Source of the DNA: Gemmatimonadota bacterium
GTDB lineage: Bacteria; Gemmatimonadota; Gemmatimonadetes; Gemmatimonadales; GWC2-71-9
Length of the DNA: 32,393 bases
Direction of reading: 5' to 3'
Assembly (NCBI GenBank): GCA_003221005.1
Contig: QHTZ01000109.1
Span: forward strand, 1 to 32,393
Part shown: positions 28,046 through 32,393 of the stretch, one piece after another
How the letters are laid out: each line of letters begins with the position of its first letter
Numbering within the stretch: the stretch's first letter is position 1
Notes under the pieces: generated by a model
Seen by the model: the letters and a program-made list of their open reading frames with translations, nothing else
The model's database searches: none
Told to the model about the DNA's origin: nothing
Made by a program: the position numbers and the translations under genes

Positions 28046-30582
28046 CACGCACCCCACACGTCACGCAGCGCCCCGTAGACAGGCTTCAGGTGCTCGTGCC
28101 AAACGGGCTCGTCCCATGCGGGCCACGCGTACGTCGTGCCCGCCGGCAGCCACTCGCGCACTGCCCCGCCGCCGCGAGCGACGGCCGCCACGCCGAAGCG
28201 GAATCCGTCCGTTACGGTAGCCTCGAACGTCTCCTGCGACCGGATGCGGCGCAACACCCGCCGCGACGACGGATCGGTGACGTTGAGTAACCCCCACGCC
28301 AGCCGCACCTCGATCAGCCCGGCGTTCCGGTCGGCGTACCAGTCAGCGAGGCTTGACCCCTCCACCCGCCCGTAGCCCAGCCGTCCGCGGTTCACACCGC
28401 GGGCCGGATATGTCTTCCCATCTCGTCCGATACGCCAGCGATTGGTCGCCACGAACAGCGAATCCCACTCACCTCCGCGGCGGCTTGTCTCCACCGTCGC
28501 CCCGGAGTTGTAAAACGCGTCCAGCGCGGTGGGACCGTCCCCCGCGCGCGGAGCCACATACGGGTTGTACGAGGGCACGACGCGAAGCTGAGCGTCGGTC
28601 GTATCGTTGAGCACCAGGGCGAATTCGAAGCCCACGCCGCTCGCGAGCGTCACGCCCGGCAGCGTCGTTTCCCCCCGATCAGGGTGGTAGGTGTCGATCC
28701 CGACGACGTAGCGCGTCGAGTCGAGCGACGCGCCGTCCAGCGCTAGATAGAGGTACGACGCGTCCGCTCCCACCCGCAACACGACCGCGTGACCGCGCTC
28801 CAAGACTTCCAGGCCCCGCCACCCGCCTGGGTCCCCTCCCGGCTGCGGGGTGGTCGCCGCGTTTCCGGCGTACTCGCCCAGCAGACCGTAGTGCTGCTCC
28901 GCGTCCATCACGTTGTGCCACAGACGGGTCCGCTCGGCAGGCAGCTCGAGGTCGATCGTCACCCAGGTATGCTTGAACCACTCGTCCAGCCACGAGAACA
29001 CGATCCCTCCGGCGAGCCCGGCGTCGTGTATCTCCTGCGTGAGCCGGACGTCCACGGCCGCCATTTGGCGCTCGTCGAGTCCCCCGTGGTCCATTCCCTC
29101 GGGCTGCAAGTGCGACACCCCACGCGACGAGGGCACTCCGTACTCGGCGATGAGGAGGGCCCGCCCCGCATGGTGCCGTTTGAGATCGAGCAAATAGCCG
29201 AAATAGTGCGACGGCCCATGGGCCGCCTTGGTGATCCCGTACCCAGAATCGAGCGCCACGAAATCCGGATAGTATGGGTACGCGTGATACGCCGCGAAGT
29301 ATCCGGCAAGATCCGCCGGCGTGGTGCGCACGAGCATGGCGTCGAGCGCCACCAGGTCGTTGTCGTACTCCTTGAGCCGCCGGTTGGGAGGATAGCCGTG
29401 GCGGCGCCGCAGGGCCTGCTCCTCGGCGAGGCTCGCCTCGGTGGGATGGTGGAGCGGGTCGAGCGTGGGCCAGTTGGTGTACGCGATCGGACGCTGCGCC
29501 CGGTAGCCGTCCCACTCGTAGGCCAGGAGGTAGTCGCACTGCTCCGCCAGCCAGACGTCGGCCGCGCTGCCGCGGTCGACCGCGAGGAAACGGCCGGAGT
29601 AGGCCCGGAGCCCCGAGCGCTTCCGATCGTAGGCGCCGACCGAGAACGGCTCCCACTCCCGTCCCAGCACGAACGCCAGTACGTGATCCGAGACATCCAC
29701 TTCGTACCGCCCCCAGGCCCGCCCACGCTGAGTCGCGACCAAGGCATGGCCGTGCACCGCGTCCACGACGCGACGCATCTCGCGGCGAAAGTCGGCTTTC
29801 CACGCGGGCAGGTCGTAGTCATGGTGCGGAGGGGGCTCGGCCCACACGCCGTGCACTAGCCAGAGGGAATGCTCGGGGTGCGCGTCATTCCAACGCCGTA
29901 AGGCGCGGTAGAAGGCCGGCGGGAAGAGGGTGTACAGCCGCACCACGTTGGCATTGGCGCCGGCCATCAGCTCGAGCCACCGCGCGTACGTCGAGTCGTC
30001 GGCAGGAAACTGGGACGGAAAACGCCCGGGAAGAGCCGCGCCCAGGTTTATCCCCTTCACATAGAACGGACGCCACCCCTGCGGCGTCCGCACCTCGAAG
30101 CGCTCTCCCGCCGTGCGAGCGGGCACTCGCAGCTCAGGGGGAAGGGCGATCGGGGCGAGAGGCAGGCCGGAGTCGACGCCAAGCCCCAGCAGTTGGTCCG
30201 CGGCATCGCGATAGTCGGGGGCGCGGCGCAACGCGCTGCGGAACGCCAGGACTGCAGACGCCCGCTCACCGCGCCGCAGGCGGGCAAGGCCCAGGCCGTA
30301 CCAGGCGTCGGCGTCACTCGAGTCGGCGGCAAGGGCGCGAGTGAACCGTTGCTCCGCGTCCGCCAGGCGACTCTGCCGCAGCGCCACGAAGCCGAGGCCG
30401 GTCTGCGCGCCGGGGGCCCGAGGACAGAGCGAATCCGCCGTCGCAAACAGGCGGGCCGCCGCCGCGACTGCTCCCCTGCGGTAAGCCTGCCACGCGGAGT
30501 CCAGCGCGGCGGCAGCGGGGACACGCGGGCATGGGGCGGAAAGCGGGACTTGCGCGGACAGTGCCGCGACGAGGGCAAACAT
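28042..30582 (-). CDS. TPR protein fused to a putative clan GH-A (GH2-like TIM barrel) glycoside hydrolase
   Basis: N-terminal TPRs, KGINLG, GANANVVRLYT, GREWE (acid/base candidate), YHAYPYYPDF, IAEYGVP (nucleophile candidate), FSWLDEWFK, EQHYGLL. Confidence 0.75.
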   Translation of the reverse strand: MFALVAALSAQVPLSAPCPRVPAAAALDSAWQAYRRGAVAAAARLFATADSLCPRAPGAQTGLGFVALRQSRLADAEQRFTRALAADSSDADAWYGLGLARLRRGERASAVLAFRSALRRAPDYRDAADQLLGLGVDSGLPLAPIALPPELRVPARTAGERFEVRTPQGWRPFYVKGINLGAALPGRFPSQFPADDSTYARWLELMAGANANVVRLYTLFPPAFYRALRRWNDAHPEHSLWLVHGVWAEPPPHHDYDLPAWKADFRREMRRVVDAVHGHALVATQRGRAWGRYEVDVSDHVLAFVLGREWEPFSVGAYDRKRSGLRAYSGRFLAVDRGSAADVWLAEQCDYLLAYEWDGYRAQRPIAYTNWPTLDPLHHPTEASLAEEQALRRRHGYPPNRRLKEYDNDLVALDAMLVRTTPADLAGYFAAYHAYPYYPDFVALDSGYGITKAAHGPSHYFGYLLDLKRHHAGRALLIAEYGVPSSRGVSHLQPEGMDHGGLDERQMAAVDVRLTQEIHDAGLAGGIVFSWLDEWFKHTWVTIDLELPAERTRLWHNVMDAEQHYGLLGEYAGNAATTPQPGGDPGGWRGLEVLERGHAVVLRVGADASYLYLALDGASLDSTRYVVGIDTYHPDRGETTLPGVTLASGVGFEFALVLNDTTDAQLRVVPSYNPYVAPRAGDGPTALDAFYNSGATVETSRRGGEWDSLFVATNRWRIGRDGKTYPARGVNRGRLGYGRVEGSSLADWYADRNAGLIEVRLAWGLLNVTDPSSRRVLRRIRSQETFEATVTDGFRFGVAAVARGGGAVREWLPAGTTYAWPAWDEPVWHEHLKPVYGALRDVWGAW

Positions 30583-30603
30583 GATGTGGGACCAAAATAA
30601 CGA

Positions 30604-30631
30604 ACGCCGGTGCCCCCAAGGGCTCCGGCGT
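30604..30631 (-). terminator. Possible intrinsic terminator after the outer-membrane protein gene
   Basis: Stem ACGCCGG-T-GCCC/GGGC-T-CCGGCGT with a 4-nt loop, followed on the minus strand by TCGTTATTTT. Confidence 0.45.
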
Positions 30632-30663
30632 CCTCCCGCCGCCTGCGAGCGACATCTCCTACC

Positions 30664-31248
30664 TCAATGGAAGGTCAAGCCCAGCGAGAAGTCGAGGTAG
30701 TTTTGCTTCCATCCGGTGGTGTAGAACCCGCCGCCGTCGCCGTATGAGAGGTCGCCGACGCCCCCCCAACCGTAGTTCGCGACCGGCGTCAGTGACAGCT
30801 CGCCCCCGATGCGCAGGTCGTACCCGAGGCCGACCGTGAACCCCCACCCGGTCCCCGTGATCGAGGGGCTGGTGTCCACGCGATAGTCCGAGAAGCCCGC
30901 GCCGCCGGTGAGGAAGAAACCACTGGAGGCGCGCGGATATAAGAAGACCGATGCCGTGAGGTTCCCCATCGTTTCAGTCACGCCTGACGAGATGTGAGAC
31001 CAGCCGTCGGCCAGGACGCCGAGCCGCACGGACGGGTTCAGCGTGCCACCCGCCTTCAGCCAGGCGGTGTAGCCGCCGACCCGTGGGCCGCTCGTGCAGT
31101 CGTCGCACGACGTGTTGGCCGAGCCGTACCCGATGCCGAAGCCGGCCCAGAAGCCTTGGCGCCTGTGTGGGCCCTGCGCCGTGGCGCCGGCGGCGGCTAT
31201 GCACGTGAGAATGCCCAGGATCCCTAGGGGACGCATCACGACTCGCAT
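30664..31248 (-). CDS. Outer-membrane beta-barrel protein (about 8-strand, OmpA-like TM type)
   Basis: RBS GGAAGGAG, signal peptide ending ATA-Q, Gly/aromatic alternating strands, C-terminal DFSLGLTFH. Confidence 0.8.
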   Translation of the reverse strand: MRVVMRPLGILGILTCIAAAGATAQGPHRRQGFWAGFGIGYGSANTSCDDCTSGPRVGGYTAWLKAGGTLNPSVRLGVLADGWSHISSGVTETMGNLTASVFLYPRASSGFFLTGGAGFSDYRVDTSPSITGTGWGFTVGLGYDLRIGGELSLTPVANYGWGGVGDLSYGDGGGFYTTGWKQNYLDFSLGLTFH

Positions 31249-31447
31249 GACGACTCCTTCCGCTATTCCGACGGTAGACCCGGGAGTGGGACACTTGTTT
31301 CCGCCGGGCGTGCGGACGCCCCGGAACCCCTCACCAAGACGTCACTAAGAACTTGCGTCCGAAGCACATTTTGAACAACGCCCGGTATGGCGCAGCCTCT
31401 TCTTCGAGCATTTCTAGCCGGGGTCGTGCAAGGACTGCAGGAATGGT

Positions 31448-31475
31448 TTGACAACCCGGCGCGGAGCGGTAGCTT
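31448..31475 (+). promoter_or_regulatory. Sigma70-type promoter of glnK-amtB, probably giving a leaderless mRNA
   Basis: TTGACA (31448-31453)-16 nt-TAGCTT (31470-31475). The ATG is 8 nt downstream, with no SD in between. Confidence 0.65.
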
Positions 31476-31483
31476 CCCCCGCC

Positions 31484-31896
<413 letters not shown>

Positions 31897-31900
<4 letters not shown>

Positions 31901-32393
31901 GCCTGCCTGTGCTGCCTGACACGACCGTCATCTCGAGCGGGGATACCGCTTGGGTGCTCGCGTCTTCTGCCCTGGTGATGGTGATGACGGTGGGGCTGGC
32001 GTTTTTCTACGGCGGCCTCGTGCGCCCCAAGAACGCGCTCAACACGATGATGATGAGCGTGGTGGCACTCGGGGTGATCAGCGTGCAATGGGTGCTGTTC
32101 GGATACTCGATCGCCTTCGGCCACGGCACCCCGATCTGGGGCGGCCTGTCGTGGCTCTGGTTCCGGGGCGTGGGCGTCGATCCCGACCCGGCCTACGCCG
32201 CGACGATCCCGCTCCAGGCGCACTCCATGTTCCAGCTGATGTTCGCGATCATCACGCCCGCGCTGATCTCCGGGGCGATTGTCGAGCGGATGCGCTTCCG
32301 CGCCTACGTGGTGTTCCTGGTCCTCTGGTCCACGTTCGTGTACGACCCGCTCGCACACTGGGTTTGGGGAGCGGGGGGCTGGCTGCAGAAAAA
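31897..32393 (+). CDS. amtB: Ammonium transporter (3'-truncated by window edge)
   Basis: Missing from the ORF track and translated by hand from ATG 31897 (ATGA overlap): GDTAWVLASSALV..MT.GLAFFYGGLVRPKNALN, GYSIAFG, FQLMFAIITPALISGAIVERMRF, VYDPLAHWVWG.GGWL. Confidence 0.96.

Noticed and set aside
31388-31403. Sigma54 promoter (TGGCGC...) and NtrC site upstream of glnK
   Set aside because: The -12 element reads TTC rather than TGC and no convincing NtrC palindrome is present. A better sigma70 match exists at 31448-31475.

Overview
A GC-rich bacterial chromosomal window, densely coding with about 30 CDS. A Gemmatimonadota-like origin is my inference from gene style and repeats, not a proven assignment. 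Contents in order: a partial GNAT plus KamA/lysine 2,3-aminomutase and a membrane protein; a Zn alcohol dehydrogenase and geranylgeranyl-reductase-family pair; an EF-G paralogue (EF-G2) coupled to a DUF805/SRPBCC-like membrane protein and an SMP-30 lipoprotein; an MFS transporter, HtrA, DinB and an ABC exporter; DUF1800-DUF1501; a GNAT; a stand-alone IS200-type HUH transposase; an SDR; acnA; sulP; a DoxX/MarR (MhqP/MhqR-like) pair with its operator; an AhpD-like gene plus an arsS-like radical SAM gene broken by a deletion; a TPR-glycoside hydrolase and TPR-porin pair; an outer-membrane barrel; glnK-amtB (partial). The most unusual signal is non-coding. The tnpA is bracketed by two ~105-bp direct repeats, each a nested four-hairpin palindrome (REPIN-like). 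Several other palindromic or micro-repeat families sit at gene ends, supply stop codons, or are translated in-frame inside proteins. All calls come from motif recognition by eye; no database search was run.
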